Virus record (IMG/VR): IMGVR_UViG_3300037424_000280
Coordinates: 1-28,691 of that record
Length of the DNA stretch: 28,691 nucleotides
From: a virus
Lineage: Duplodnaviria; Caudoviricetes
Strand: one strand, 5' to 3'
Shown in pieces: positions 1-10,452 of this stretch. A model generated the notes under the pieces. The model did no database searches, was not told the origin of the DNA, and saw nothing but the letters and a program-made list of their open reading frames with translations. Positions within the stretch are counted from its first letter, which is position 1. Every line of letters starts with the position of its first letter. Made by a program: the position numbers and the translations under genes.

Positions 1-555
1 TTCATCATCAAAGTTAAATTTTCTAAAAGCTATAACTCCTCTTTCTTTACCTACCTTTATTTTCAATTTATCTTCTAACTTTTTCCTATTTTGCTGTTGT
101 ATTTGCTGTTGCTGCTGTTTAGTTTGACTTTCTAATTCACTTTTTCTACGTTCACTAGCTTTCTCTAATAATCTTGATTTTTCTTTTGGATCTACCCTGC
201 TAAAAATATCTTCAAGTTGTTCATCATCATATATCATTTTCTTTTTCTCTTTTAATTCATCTCCCATTACCATTTTAAGATATTTGTTGTCTACCATCTC
301 TTGTTTAACTTTTTTACCCATTCCAGAAGTAGGCTCAATAGCATTATAAGAAGAATCTGAAATTTTTGGTATCGAACTTAACGCTTTGTATATGGGGCTA
401 GATTTCAAAAATTCAGCTTCTTCTGTATTAATATTTGAAGTAGTGGCTTTTTTATGTAATTCACTTGTCTGCTTTAATTGGTCAAGGCCAGTAGATACAT
501 TTTTTAACAAATCCTTATTCGTGATTTGTTTTAATACACTCCCTATTATTGACAT
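1..555 (-). CDS. Partial CDS running off the left edge; probable large internal virion/ejection protein
   Basis: ATG at 555 with the TTAACAAATTAAATT leader. Frame is open to position 1 (MSIIGSVLKQITNKDLLKNVSTGLDQLKQ...QQQQQIQQQNRKK...). Absent from the ORF track because it lacks a stop. Function inferred only from position after two ejection-like genes. Confidence 0.55.
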   Translation of the reverse strand, partial: MSIIGSVLKQITNKDLLKNVSTGLDQLKQTSELHKKATTSNINTEEAEFLKSSPIYKALSSIPKISDSSYNAIEPTSGMGKKVKQEMVDNKYLKMVMGDELKEKKKMIYDDEQLEDIFSRVDPKEKSRLLEKASERRKSELESQTKQQQQQIQQQNRKKLEDKLKIKVGKERGVIAFRKFNFDDE

Positions 556-566
556 AATTTAATTTG

Positions 567-2381
567 TTAATATCCTAAATCACTCGCACTTAATCTTGAG
601 GATGTCGATGTTGTCTTCGATGTCGATGATTTTTCATCTTTCGCAGCCTTCACCCAATCAATATAATCATCCCCGTAGAATGCCAACTTTTCTTGTTCTG
701 CCTTTGTAGGTTCATCCCCAAAAGTCTTTGTCCAAAGAACCATTATATCATCTTCCACCTTCGCCGGCGCTTGAAATTGTTTATATAAATCTATGCCGCT
801 TGCAATAGTAGTTAGTGGGTTTTTGCCTAATGACGAAATAACTTTTTTTGTCTTATCGATTTTTCCAAGAGTATCCAAATAAGCTGCTACCTCTCTCGCC
901 GTATGATAACTACCATCGGGCTTTTTCATTGTAATATCTAAATGTATTCCGGTTTGACCATATGTCGATCCTGTGTTCCCCTGCGTTCCAATCATTGTCC
1001 CAACTCCTATTTTATCTCCCTTCTTTACATTTACATCTTTTAAATGTGAAAACCATATTTCCCTACCATCTGGCATTTTTATTTTTACCCTATTACCAAA
1101 ACTACCTTTTTCTCCTTTAACATGTCCTGTATCAACCTGAACAACTTCACCGCCTACAGGGGCTTTTACTTCCGCCCCCATTCCCCCGTCTAATACAAAA
1201 TCAAGTCCGGGTTCCCAATATTTACTACCATCTATTCCTGTAACTGTTCCGTTACCCAAAACATTTGTAGTTCTAAATTGTGTGTTTCCTTCAGGATATT
1301 GACTTTGAGCATCCTCTATACCTTCGGATATTTCCCCATCATCGTACAAATAATTATCACTATCCCCTACATAATCAAATTTTTGTGTTGATTCATTCCA
1401 CGTATACCCATTTTTATGCATATCCGCTATTGTTTCAGGACTAGGATTTGCATTAGCCCACTCTACAGCCTGCTGTTCTAAGTCATATTGTTTTTGTAAA
1501 AAATCAAATTCTTGCTGCGCTTTTAGGGTACTTTGTAAAACAGTTTCGTATGTATCATAAACTCTATTATATTCATCTAAATGCAATTTATATTTCTCTG
1601 CCACCGCATTGTAAGTATCACTCATAGCCCCGCCGGTTGTAGATAATTGATTAATAAAGCTTTTATAATTATCATTCATCACCTGATTTTGACTATTTAA
1701 ACTTTGCATTAAAGTAGTATAACCCGATACTCCATCTGTAGCTATCCCTGCTTGTTTATAAAAATCACTTACACCTAAGTTTTGTTTAGCCGGATCAGAT
1801 ACTTTTCTAAGTGCATCTTCTAAACCAGCCATCATAGTATTAGTAGGTTTCGGAGTATTCTCCATTGTCCCCTTAGCTTTTTCATAATCTAGTAATTTCT
1901 GATAATCAGCTAAACCAGCTAATTCCTTTTCTGAATAAGTCATTTCAAATAATTGCTTCGGGTCTAAATTAGCTATAGAATTTAAATCTAATCCATTACG
2001 CTCTAAAGCTGCTTGTTCCCTATTAAAATCCCTTTGTACTGTCCCGGCTATATTAGATGTATCAGATACATTTTGCCCATAAATACTAGAGTCCGCCTGA
2101 GCCGTTAAATCTCCTTGCGTTGATTGTTGTGGAGTCATTGTAGGTGACGTAGGCGTAGACCATTCAGAAGTTCTATCTGCTGTAACCGTAGGCGTTACAC
2201 CTTTAGTATAATTGCCAGTTAGAAGCGAACTACCTTTAGCCTTAATCTCGGCTTGTGTTGCTTGTTTCTGTGCAAGGGTTTTATCTTTATCGAAAGCGCC
2301 GGCTGCACGCTGTTTTTTGTATTCAGCCAGCCTTAAAGCTTGAGCTTCCTCCCAATTAGGATCTTGACTTTGAGTTGCCAT
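567..2381 (-). CDS. Probable internal virion/ejection protein with an M23 (LytM-like) peptidase domain
   Basis: C-terminal part has M23 hallmarks: PGLDF..G.EVKAPVGGEVV, GNRVKI, FSHL..VNVKKGDKI..G..IGTQGNTGST..TGIHL. N-terminal part is helical and Q/T-rich. Lies downstream of the tail genes. Confidence 0.7.
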   Translation of the reverse strand: MATQSQDPNWEEAQALRLAEYKKQRAAGAFDKDKTLAQKQATQAEIKAKGSSLLTGNYTKGVTPTVTADRTSEWSTPTSPTMTPQQSTQGDLTAQADSSIYGQNVSDTSNIAGTVQRDFNREQAALERNGLDLNSIANLDPKQLFEMTYSEKELAGLADYQKLLDYEKAKGTMENTPKPTNTMMAGLEDALRKVSDPAKQNLGVSDFYKQAGIATDGVSGYTTLMQSLNSQNQVMNDNYKSFINQLSTTGGAMSDTYNAVAEKYKLHLDEYNRVYDTYETVLQSTLKAQQEFDFLQKQYDLEQQAVEWANANPSPETIADMHKNGYTWNESTQKFDYVGDSDNYLYDDGEISEGIEDAQSQYPEGNTQFRTTNVLGNGTVTGIDGSKYWEPGLDFVLDGGMGAEVKAPVGGEVVQVDTGHVKGEKGSFGNRVKIKMPDGREIWFSHLKDVNVKKGDKIGVGTMIGTQGNTGSTYGQTGIHLDITMKKPDGSYHTAREVAAYLDTLGKIDKTKKVISSLGKNPLTTIASGIDLYKQFQAPAKVEDDIMVLWTKTFGDEPTKAEQEKLAFYGDDYIDWVKAAKDEKSSTSKTTSTSSRLSASDLGY

Positions 2382-2392
2382 AATTTATTATA

Positions 2393-3739
2393 TTAAGAAA
2401 ATATTTTAACGGGTTCACTATACTGGTTTAAGTTCTGTTGTTGATTATATAAACTATCTAAAGTTGAAGTATAAGCCTTTTGTTTTTCCGCTTCAATAGT
2501 ACCCTGTGTAACATCTCCAATAGCCTTCAACCCTGTACTTGCCATTCCACTCGAACCTAATGTTTTTTCAGCCTGCCTTGCTAAATCTTTTAATTGTTGT
2601 TCTTGTCTTAGCGCTGTAGATGACGACATTAATTTATTTGATTGATTCACTAAACCTTCACTATATTGACCATTGGCAAAAGGAGTTTGTAAAGGAATTG
2701 CAGATTCGCCTGTTTGAGCATAAGCACTTTTAGCACCTAATTGATTTATACCTTCACCTGTGAAGGTTCTCCCTGAACCCTCTAAGGCTGCTTGCATTCC
2801 CTTTATATTTTCATCAGCTACAGTTCCGGTTTGTTCACTTTCTGCTGCAATTTGTTTTTTCTGATATTCAAGAGTTGTATTTAAATCATTAGTAAATTGT
2901 TGTATCTGTTCTTTAAAATAAGGGTCGATAGTACTTGTTTTAATTTTATCAAAAGAAGCTATTACATTTTCAATATTCAATTCCTGTGTCGGGTCCCAAT
3001 TTTCAACTACTCTATTAAATAAAGGTTTTAAAGCTTCTGGTATCCGGCTATCATTAGCTATTGAATCTAAAGCAGCTTGAATATTGTTAGCTACAGGCTG
3101 TGTTTGTGTAGCATTTTGTTGAGTTACCGGAACTATTTGATTATTTACTGATGTTTTAGCATCTTCCCACATCCCGTTTGATGTAGAAATCGGAGCTGTA
3201 GGTAATGAAGTAGGGTTATTTATAGATGTATTGTTATTAGCACCACTTTGAATAATATTCCAAGCTTCTTGTTTGTTTGGATTAGTAGCCCACCATGAAT
3301 AATTTTGTATATTTTGAATATCTTTAGCTTTTGCATATTTAGCCAATTCTTCCGGTGAACCTAAAATTTGCTTAATCCTATCATTAGCTTTTTGCCTTTC
3401 AGTTAAATCCGCAGACGACCACCATGATTCATTTTGCACGTTATTTACATCTTTTCTTTCAAGTAGGACTTTGTCTACCAACTGATTAGCTGTTAGTCCT
3501 GAACTTTGATTCGAAGAAAAAGAAGTTCCTTGAGCTTGAGTTGTTTTAGTTGATGTACCAACTGATTGAGAAGTAGGCGTATTAAGTGTAGATGAAACGT
3601 TAGCAATAGCCTTAGAAACAGGCATTGAAACACCATTGATAACAACTGATGCAGATGGGTTTCTGCTCAATATATTGTTTAGGTATCTTTGTGCAACATC
3701 TAATTGCATTGTTGAACTTCCAATTTTAATAGTAGCCAT
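2393..3739 (-). CDS. Probable ejection/internal virion protein (Q/N/S/T-rich)
   Basis: 448-aa ORF with a low-complexity, Gln-rich helical C-terminus. Position after the tailspike matches DNA-ejection genes of P22-like podoviruses. No catalytic motif seen. Confidence 0.45.
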   Translation of the reverse strand: MATIKIGSSTMQLDVAQRYLNNILSRNPSASVVINGVSMPVSKAIANVSSTLNTPTSQSVGTSTKTTQAQGTSFSSNQSSGLTANQLVDKVLLERKDVNNVQNESWWSSADLTERQKANDRIKQILGSPEELAKYAKAKDIQNIQNYSWWATNPNKQEAWNIIQSGANNNTSINNPTSLPTAPISTSNGMWEDAKTSVNNQIVPVTQQNATQTQPVANNIQAALDSIANDSRIPEALKPLFNRVVENWDPTQELNIENVIASFDKIKTSTIDPYFKEQIQQFTNDLNTTLEYQKKQIAAESEQTGTVADENIKGMQAALEGSGRTFTGEGINQLGAKSAYAQTGESAIPLQTPFANGQYSEGLVNQSNKLMSSSTALRQEQQLKDLARQAEKTLGSSGMASTGLKAIGDVTQGTIEAEKQKAYTSTLDSLYNQQQNLNQYSEPVKIFS

Positions 3740-3750
3740 AAATATATTTG

Positions 3751-6696
3751 TTAAGTCATTAAATTACTTGCTTCAACATTACCGGTTCTCGCTCCCGTAC
3801 CTTGAAATCCTGCTCCGATAGTACCTGCTGTTAAGCTGTGTGAATTTCTGTTGCCTGTGAATAAACAGTTATTAGTTGTTCCTACAATAGTCATAGCATA
3901 ATTACCGGAAGCCCCTGCATATAATCTATTTCCACTAACTACCAAATTCCTGGCATTACCTCCAATATAAATACATTCTGTAGCCCCTGTTGTATCATCA
4001 TGCTGTATATGATTTCCATTAAATACACTTCCTTCCGTTTCGCTTGTACTTGTATCTACATTCCCTACAATTGCAATACCATAACCAGCTGCATCATATT
4101 GAATCCAGTTACTGCTGAATATGGAATTATCCATATCAGTAGCTACTCTAATTCCAATAATTTCAGAATCTATCCTATTGCCGGTAAAAATACAATTATA
4201 AATACTGGCATCACATTTTATACCACAAGCTCCTTCCGCTTGCGTATCAATATAGTTATTATAAAATCTTCCTTCATTTACATCGCCGGTTACTAAAATC
4301 CCATTATCAGTACTTACATCTATTGTATTCCCCGATATTTCCGCACCTGTCATAGTAGCACTAACAACAATGCCTGCTGATCCATAAATATGATTACCAC
4401 TAATAATAGAGCCGGATGTCAAATATTCGACTACAATCCCATCATAAACTTTATTATTCATTATTTTTAATGGTGAAACTGAATAATCAACAAAGGCTAT
4501 TGCTTTACTATCCATATCTTCGATATCATTATTTGCAATATTTACATAGCCACATTCACTATCGTAACGCTGTTGAAATCCGATCCCGAGTTCAAAGTTC
4601 CTTATTATATTTCCATCAATATTTACATTACTTACAGCACTACCCAACCCTATTCCTATACCGGTTGTTTGAGAAGCATCGCCGGCTATATAATTATTTG
4701 AAAATATAAAGTTATAAGAAGGGAAAGCCCCACTTGAACATTGTATTGTTATTCCGTTACCACAATCTCTAATTTCGTTACTTGAACAAATAATATTTTC
4801 ATGTATAGCTGTCGATTCTGAATCTCCTATACCGGAAGAACAATTATGTATTGAATTACCGGTTATATTAAAATTTGAAACATCAAGACTTATTCCATCA
4901 CCACCACAATCATAAATTGAATTATTTACTATATTATTAATATTATCTGCACTAGCATTACCACCTTTTACAAAAATACCATTATCTATACAACCTTTAG
5001 CTTGATTGTTACCACAAACAATCCCTGCACTTTCTAATACATAACCATTAACAGCGGCAATTACAGAATTATCTACTACTCTATTTTCCTGAAAAACCGT
5101 AGCATCTCCATTTATATTTATACCTATTGGATAATCTCCTGCCCCCGAAACAACAAATATCACATTCCCACTTATTAAAGTTTTCGTCAATCCCGTACCA
5201 TAACTTATTATCCCAATACCTCTTGTTAAAGAATCAGAAGCTATCATACCAATCGCATTATTCATCACAAAATTTTGTTGATTAGTAGCATCTCCTTTAA
5301 ACCAAATACCATTACCTGAACAGACGATACGATTATTAACAATTTGAACATCGCCACGATCACCATTCATTGTGATAACTGATTGTACTCCTAAAGGATT
5401 ATCAGTTAATGCGGAAGGTGCCGAAAAAGTATTATTAGTTATCCGCACATTAGTATCTCCCACATCTGTCGGATCACCAATATAAATACAACCTGCACCA
5501 TCAGCCTCGCTAAAATTATTATTCATTATGCAATGATCAATTAGTACATGATCACTTCCTATAGCTTGAATTAAACAAACCCCGTCCGAATTTCCTGTAA
5601 CTGATAAATTTCTAATAGTAATATCCTTATTAAATCTCCAATATTTTTGAGCTGTATCGAAAGATATTATTGTTGATACTTGATCTTCACCCACTAAATT
5701 AACCTCCATATTCCAACCGGCTGTTTTTTCGTTTTCCGTATAAGTTCCTTTGCGCAGAAACATTGTTATTTCTGTTGCTCCTGCTGTCTGTGCTGCATCT
5801 AAAGCCGCTACTATAGAACTATAAGAAGTCCCACCATAAAAAACTTTAGTAGCTCCTCCTGTACCTTCTTTATTAACTATCATATCGTACTGCTTATATC
5901 CTCCAAGATACAGGGATGAACCCTCCGCCCAAAAACCATACTCCTCCGTCCCTGTAGCATCTTTCAAATTGCCCATCATACATTTTAAATCATAATCATC
6001 ATAAGTAGCTGAATTACGTTTAAACACTTTGACAAAAGGCGAGTTAGTACTTGAAGCATTTAAGTCAATAAACCCTTCATCAGCCTTAGCGAATGAAACA
6101 ACTGCTGTTCCTTTTTGCCATTCAGGATTATTATCTGAAGCATAATCTCCTGCTAAATCACGAGTAACAGTATGTACAAGACCTGTTACTCCCGTTACTT
6201 CTAACCATTCATCATTAGATGTATCTTTTAATCTTAAGATTGTACCTATAGCGAAAGCATCACTTCTTGTTGTCAAAGTTGCAGCATTTAACGCTGTCAT
6301 GTTTTCATCTAGTACATCAGAAGTAGAAATCAAAAGACTTCCTCCAACCGCATTTACTGTATCCTTTTCAAATACAGAAGTCCTAATAACTCCCCTTGAA
6401 GTTAAATTACCAAATTCCGCATCACCATTACCCCATATCCTCCAACCTGTCGTACCGGGTTCAAAATTGCTAGTACCTACGTTTTGTGTCGGATATAATT
6501 TGTCAAGTGTTAATCTCGAAAAATCAATAGCATTAGGCGGTATTGTTTTGTTTATACTTGATAAAGGAATTTGATCTACAGTATTTAATTTAACCCTATT
6601 TAAAGAAGTAAAAACATCATCAAGATTTTCTTGAGTTTCTTCTTTGCGATTTAAAGTAAATCCTAAATCCTTTAATGTAGATTGTAATATTGGCAA
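3751..6696 (-). CDS. Tailspike / receptor-binding protein with right-handed parallel beta-helix
   Basis: 981 aa, TTG start. Many I.GN.I / I.NN.I repeats (pectin-lyase-like beta-helix) over the C-terminal two-thirds, preceded by a SIVAALDAA...LRKGTYTE cap. N-terminal GWRIWGNGDAEFGNLTSRG resembles phage tail-fibre motifs. Confidence 0.75.
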   Translation of the reverse strand: MPILQSTLKDLGFTLNRKEETQENLDDVFTSLNRVKLNTVDQIPLSSINKTIPPNAIDFSRLTLDKLYPTQNVGTSNFEPGTTGWRIWGNGDAEFGNLTSRGVIRTSVFEKDTVNAVGGSLLISTSDVLDENMTALNAATLTTRSDAFAIGTILRLKDTSNDEWLEVTGVTGLVHTVTRDLAGDYASDNNPEWQKGTAVVSFAKADEGFIDLNASSTNSPFVKVFKRNSATYDDYDLKCMMGNLKDATGTEEYGFWAEGSSLYLGGYKQYDMIVNKEGTGGATKVFYGGTSYSSIVAALDAAQTAGATEITMFLRKGTYTENEKTAGWNMEVNLVGEDQVSTIISFDTAQKYWRFNKDITIRNLSVTGNSDGVCLIQAIGSDHVLIDHCIMNNNFSEADGAGCIYIGDPTDVGDTNVRITNNTFSAPSALTDNPLGVQSVITMNGDRGDVQIVNNRIVCSGNGIWFKGDATNQQNFVMNNAIGMIASDSLTRGIGIISYGTGLTKTLISGNVIFVVSGAGDYPIGININGDATVFQENRVVDNSVIAAVNGYVLESAGIVCGNNQAKGCIDNGIFVKGGNASADNINNIVNNSIYDCGGDGISLDVSNFNITGNSIHNCSSGIGDSESTAIHENIICSSNEIRDCGNGITIQCSSGAFPSYNFIFSNNYIAGDASQTTGIGIGLGSAVSNVNIDGNIIRNFELGIGFQQRYDSECGYVNIANNDIEDMDSKAIAFVDYSVSPLKIMNNKVYDGIVVEYLTSGSIISGNHIYGSAGIVVSATMTGAEISGNTIDVSTDNGILVTGDVNEGRFYNNYIDTQAEGACGIKCDASIYNCIFTGNRIDSEIIGIRVATDMDNSIFSSNWIQYDAAGYGIAIVGNVDTSTSETEGSVFNGNHIQHDDTTGATECIYIGGNARNLVVSGNRLYAGASGNYAMTIVGTTNNCLFTGNRNSHSLTAGTIGAGFQGTGARTGNVEASNLMT

Positions 6697-6698
6697 AG

Positions 6699-8159
6699 TT
6701 ATTTCTTAGGAATATTAGAATAGAGTTCTATATCATACAATAAACCAAGTAAACTAAAATATGGTAACTGTGAACTTTCACTACCAGCGATCTGTATCAT
6801 CACACCATTATCAACATTCACATCAAAATCATTAATATATTTAATTAGTTTTCCTAAAGGTTTATATGGTGTCAACATTCTAATATTTCTATCAACAACT
6901 CTAGCTTGTAAATTCAATCCCTGTGCTCTATTAGCTATTGCTGTTACCTTCTTCAGTCTTTTGACTTTTTCACTATTTAACCAAATAGGAGGCAATTCAA
7001 AATTAGCTGCGATATCATATCCGTCATCACTTGAAATCAAAGTAGTATCTGTATATTTTCCTTTACACATTACCTCGCCATCATCAACACCCATATACTG
7101 ATATACTTTTCCACCATTATTATATGGAGCATAAATAGTAAAATTATCATAAAACTCTCTCCATCTCCAAGACTGCGTAGGAATATTAAATATAAGTTCA
7201 CAATTAGTATATTGAACTCCATTAACAGTTATTGTCCCTACATAAGTTCTAATTTCTTCATCAGTTTCACATGAAAAGAAGTTCCGAGGATTACCGGCTT
7301 TAATGAATTTAACTATAGGTCCACCAATAGGCTCTGGCTGCCCACCACTTGACCGCCAAGCATTATCACCATCGAACCAATACATATACGGACCTTTGTT
7401 TACTATTGTCCTATGAGCCGTACAACCTGTATCCCAGAGTTTCTTCCAAATAGATTGATCGTATATATGAGCTGTTTGTTCAGTAAACACGACTAATCTA
7501 TCCCAGTTCGTGCCCATACCTGTAATTTCTCTACCAAAATCTACATCAAGAAAATCTGTTGCTGGAGTCCATTCAATAGCTCCTGCAACTGGAACACTAG
7601 AATAATAAACCCTATACTGATATAAAGCTCCAGAATAATAACAATGAGCGATATAAAGTCTATCCCTATATCGTTTAATAAACTTACCCTGTGGCATATC
7701 AGTTACATTTGTTGACGTTGAAAATGTCGTACCGGTTAAACTCCCTACCGGTAAAAATACTTTATCAGTTGAATCGTAACCTACAAAAAAACAATATCCT
7801 ATGAACCCTTCCATCTCTACTTTACAATCTTCAAAAGCATCCCATGCTGAACCTATATTTATATCTGTCCAAGTGCCAGCATTATTATAAGCTAGTACTA
7901 AATTAGTACCTGCAGCATTATTAACTGTTGCTAATATCTTTTGAGTTGTAGGACTTTGGTGAAAATCGTACAAACCTGTGATACTTTTACCAGCTTCTAA
8001 CGTATCACCCACCTGTGAATACCCCGTATCTTTCAAAAGCGCTCCTAATTCATACGCATTATTAACACCATTTAATACAGTTGGTGAATTTTCTGGCTGT
8101 AACAATGGTGATACACTAGCATTAGCGCCTGCTAAAAAATTAGTTTGTGGAATAATCAT
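6699..8159 (-). CDS. Tail nozzle/hub protein (P22 gp10 / tubular protein B-like)
   Basis: 486 aa with beta-propeller-like blades (YRDRLYIA, RVYYSS, EITGM...DRLVVFT, GCTAHRTIV). Directly follows the adaptor gene with a 1-nt overlap. Confidence 0.6.
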   Translation of the reverse strand: MIIPQTNFLAGANASVSPLLQPENSPTVLNGVNNAYELGALLKDTGYSQVGDTLEAGKSITGLYDFHQSPTTQKILATVNNAAGTNLVLAYNNAGTWTDINIGSAWDAFEDCKVEMEGFIGYCFFVGYDSTDKVFLPVGSLTGTTFSTSTNVTDMPQGKFIKRYRDRLYIAHCYYSGALYQYRVYYSSVPVAGAIEWTPATDFLDVDFGREITGMGTNWDRLVVFTEQTAHIYDQSIWKKLWDTGCTAHRTIVNKGPYMYWFDGDNAWRSSGGQPEPIGGPIVKFIKAGNPRNFFSCETDEEIRTYVGTITVNGVQYTNCELIFNIPTQSWRWREFYDNFTIYAPYNNGGKVYQYMGVDDGEVMCKGKYTDTTLISSDDGYDIAANFELPPIWLNSEKVKRLKKVTAIANRAQGLNLQARVVDRNIRMLTPYKPLGKLIKYINDFDVNVDNGVMIQIAGSESSQLPYFSLLGLLYDIELYSNIPKK

Positions 8160-9622
8160 TAGTAATCTGTTACAAAATTATAATAAGTTAAAGATTCTGC
8201 TGTAGGAGCACTAGAAGCTAAAGCATTATCAAGTACTCTATCTTTAAATTCCTGCATAAAAAGTACCGCCTTATCGTCATTCCCTTTTCTTCTTTCTATC
8301 CAACTAGCTAAATAATACTGGAATACATTAGTAAAAGGAATTTCTATTGTATCGGTTGCTTCGATTAATGCTGTAAGTTTTTTAAAGTATCTAATTTTTA
8401 AAGGATAAGCATTATAATCGCTTGAAAAAGGTCTATTAAAAACTATATTACCATCAAAATAAGTCCAATAATCAGGCAATCCCAATTGTATACCCTGCCA
8501 GACGGGATCATTGTCCGCAATAGTCGCCTCTATCGAACCTGTTCCGCTCGCAGGTATACCTGTAAACCCCGTTGTACTTGATTTCCCCGTATATGTGATT
8601 ATGTTGGCTCCTGAATACAAAGTCCCAGAATCATCAAATTCCACATTAGAATCAACTGTAAGCGTTACATCCCCTATGCTCGCTCCCCCATTGCAATCTG
8701 TTCTTGTATATTCTTCAGTATCATCATCGTAACTTGTTAAATCTTGTTTCTCAAATTTGCCTTCTGAACCTAACCTTATACTTATAATTGATCTTTCATT
8801 TTCATATTTAGGCACTACAGTTAATCCCGAAAGAGCATATTCATGCTCACCAGTTAGCGCCGTTAAAGAAGTCTTATCTTCCAGCACTTCAAAATCCCAA
8901 TTCATACTTTTCATTTCACCACTTCGAGAATCTTGATATTTGAATTGTTGTATTGCTGTTTGACAATCATTAGCTTGTTTTATTAAATCTTCACGTGTAA
9001 TTAAATTCCCGTCGATTTCCGAGTTAGTTATCTTTAAAGCCTGTTGTATTATATATTCAACACTATTTGAATAAGGAGCGCCAGTAGCAAGCACATAATC
9101 ACTCGCTGAACTATCAGTAGTTCCATCTGTAAATTTAACAAAATAATACGCATAAGCAGTATCTGTTGAAATAAGTGTATATTCTGTATACTCTTTATTC
9201 CATTCAATCATTTTAGCATCTGCAATAGGTGTAGTAACTACATCAATAGAGGCTATTAACGTACCCACCCCACCATCCGTAGCTGCTCCGTAAATTTTAA
9301 TCCCACGTTCATATATTTTAGTAACGGGAGCATCAAGCTCATGCCCAAATTTTAGAGTATTTGTAACAGTTAAAGATGTACCTCTGGTAACAGCCCCGTT
9401 CACATCACCTTCCTCTGTTTCTTGATCCCCAACTTCTCCTACAATAAACCAATCATTATCAGCAAAACTATTATTGTCCTGAACTGTCATCGCCGTACCT
9501 GCCGCCGCAATTGTAGAACTTAAATAAGTTCTAACATTATTAGAAATATCAGGATGTGCAATCCTTATAGTCGAGCCTATAATTTCTATAATTTGTGGCT
9601 TCTGTAAAACTTTAGCCCCCAT
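8159..9622 (-). CDS. Head-tail adaptor (tubular protein A-like) with extra beta domains
   Basis: Adaptor-like core (helical IIQQAL...ANDCQTAI, LTALTGEHEYAL, GLPDYWTYFDGNIVF...LKIRYFKK...IEIP, C-terminal helices). Lies upstream of the nozzle gene. Confidence 0.55.
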   Translation of the reverse strand: MGAKVLQKPQIIEIIGSTIRIAHPDISNNVRTYLSSTIAAAGTAMTVQDNNSFADNDWFIVGEVGDQETEEGDVNGAVTRGTSLTVTNTLKFGHELDAPVTKIYERGIKIYGAATDGGVGTLIASIDVVTTPIADAKMIEWNKEYTEYTLISTDTAYAYYFVKFTDGTTDSSASDYVLATGAPYSNSVEYIIQQALKITNSEIDGNLITREDLIKQANDCQTAIQQFKYQDSRSGEMKSMNWDFEVLEDKTSLTALTGEHEYALSGLTVVPKYENERSIISIRLGSEGKFEKQDLTSYDDDTEEYTRTDCNGGASIGDVTLTVDSNVEFDDSGTLYSGANIITYTGKSSTTGFTGIPASGTGSIEATIADNDPVWQGIQLGLPDYWTYFDGNIVFNRPFSSDYNAYPLKIRYFKKLTALIEATDTIEIPFTNVFQYYLASWIERRKGNDDKAVLFMQEFKDRVLDNALASSAPTAESLTYYNFVTDY

Positions 9623-9623
9623 C

Positions 9624-10154
9624 TTATTGTTTGTTAAGAATAATATTACTTATATGTTGCTGAGAAATATTAAAAGATTTTGCTAAACGGATTTGTGTCC
9701 AACCAAAAATTCTATATAAAACTTTAATTATTATTTTTTCATTTAGTTTTATTTTATAATTCCATCTACTCTCTCCTTTTTTTATACATCCATTTTCTTT
9801 TGCTTGCTGCATATTCATATTTTGTGTTCCCCACATCAAATTTTCCACATTAGAATTAGAAGCTTTATCATTGAGATGTAACACAAAAGGATATTTTTTA
9901 GGGTTTGGAATAAACATCTCAGCAACCAACCTATGCACCCCCTTAGTATAACTTTTACCATTTTTCCTTAAAATAACATATCTATACCCTTTCTTTCGTA
10001 TTGATGGTTTTAATTCTCTTAATGTACCTTTTATGATAGATTTAAATCCACCACCCTTTAAACCAATATTTTTCCACTTACTAAAAACCCTTCCATCTTT
10101 AGAAATGAAATATCCAGGAAATTCCTTTATTTCTTTAACCTTACTTGTAGACAT
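9624..10154 (-). mobile_element. Free-standing NUMOD4-HNH homing endonuclease gene
   Basis: N-terminal IKEFPGYFISKDGRVFS (NUMOD4-like). HNH-like VHRLVAEMFIPNP...VLHLNDKASNSNVENLMWGTQNMN. C-terminal HTH-like WTQIRLAKSFNISQQHISNI. Confidence 0.85.
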
Positions 10155-10163
10155 AATTATTAT

Positions 10164-10442
10164 TTAATTAAAAAATGCTTTTGCCGTTCCTATTAATTCC
10201 AACAGTTGATTTAACGCCCAAAGCATTACTCCCCCTGCCAGTCCATAAGTAATTAATTCAGTTGGTCTAAATCTTGATTTACTTACTTTATCACCTAAGG
10301 ATTCTTTGAATAACTTTTTTATATCCTCATGGTCTGTAAAATTTCTAGTCATTGATTCTTTCATAAACTCAATATCTTTCTGTATTGATGTAATATCAAC
10401 TGTTTGCTGTCTGTTTTGCGTTTCTATTAGCGTTTCTGTCAT
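10164..10442 (-). CDS. Holin-like small membrane protein
   Basis: 92 aa with an N-terminal coiled coil (DITSIQKDIEFMKE) and one C-terminal hydrophobic segment (LITYGLAGGVMLWAL). Confidence 0.45.
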   Translation of the reverse strand: MTETLIETQNRQQTVDITSIQKDIEFMKESMTRNFTDHEDIKKLFKESLGDKVSKSRFRPTELITYGLAGGVMLWALNQLLELIGTAKAFFN

Positions 10443-10452
10443 ATCAGTATTG

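Noticed and set aside
89-120. Poly-Gln tract (CAA/CAG run), similar to the one at the portal C-terminus
   Set aside because: Short low-complexity coding sequence with mixed codons and no sign of a phase-variable repeat.
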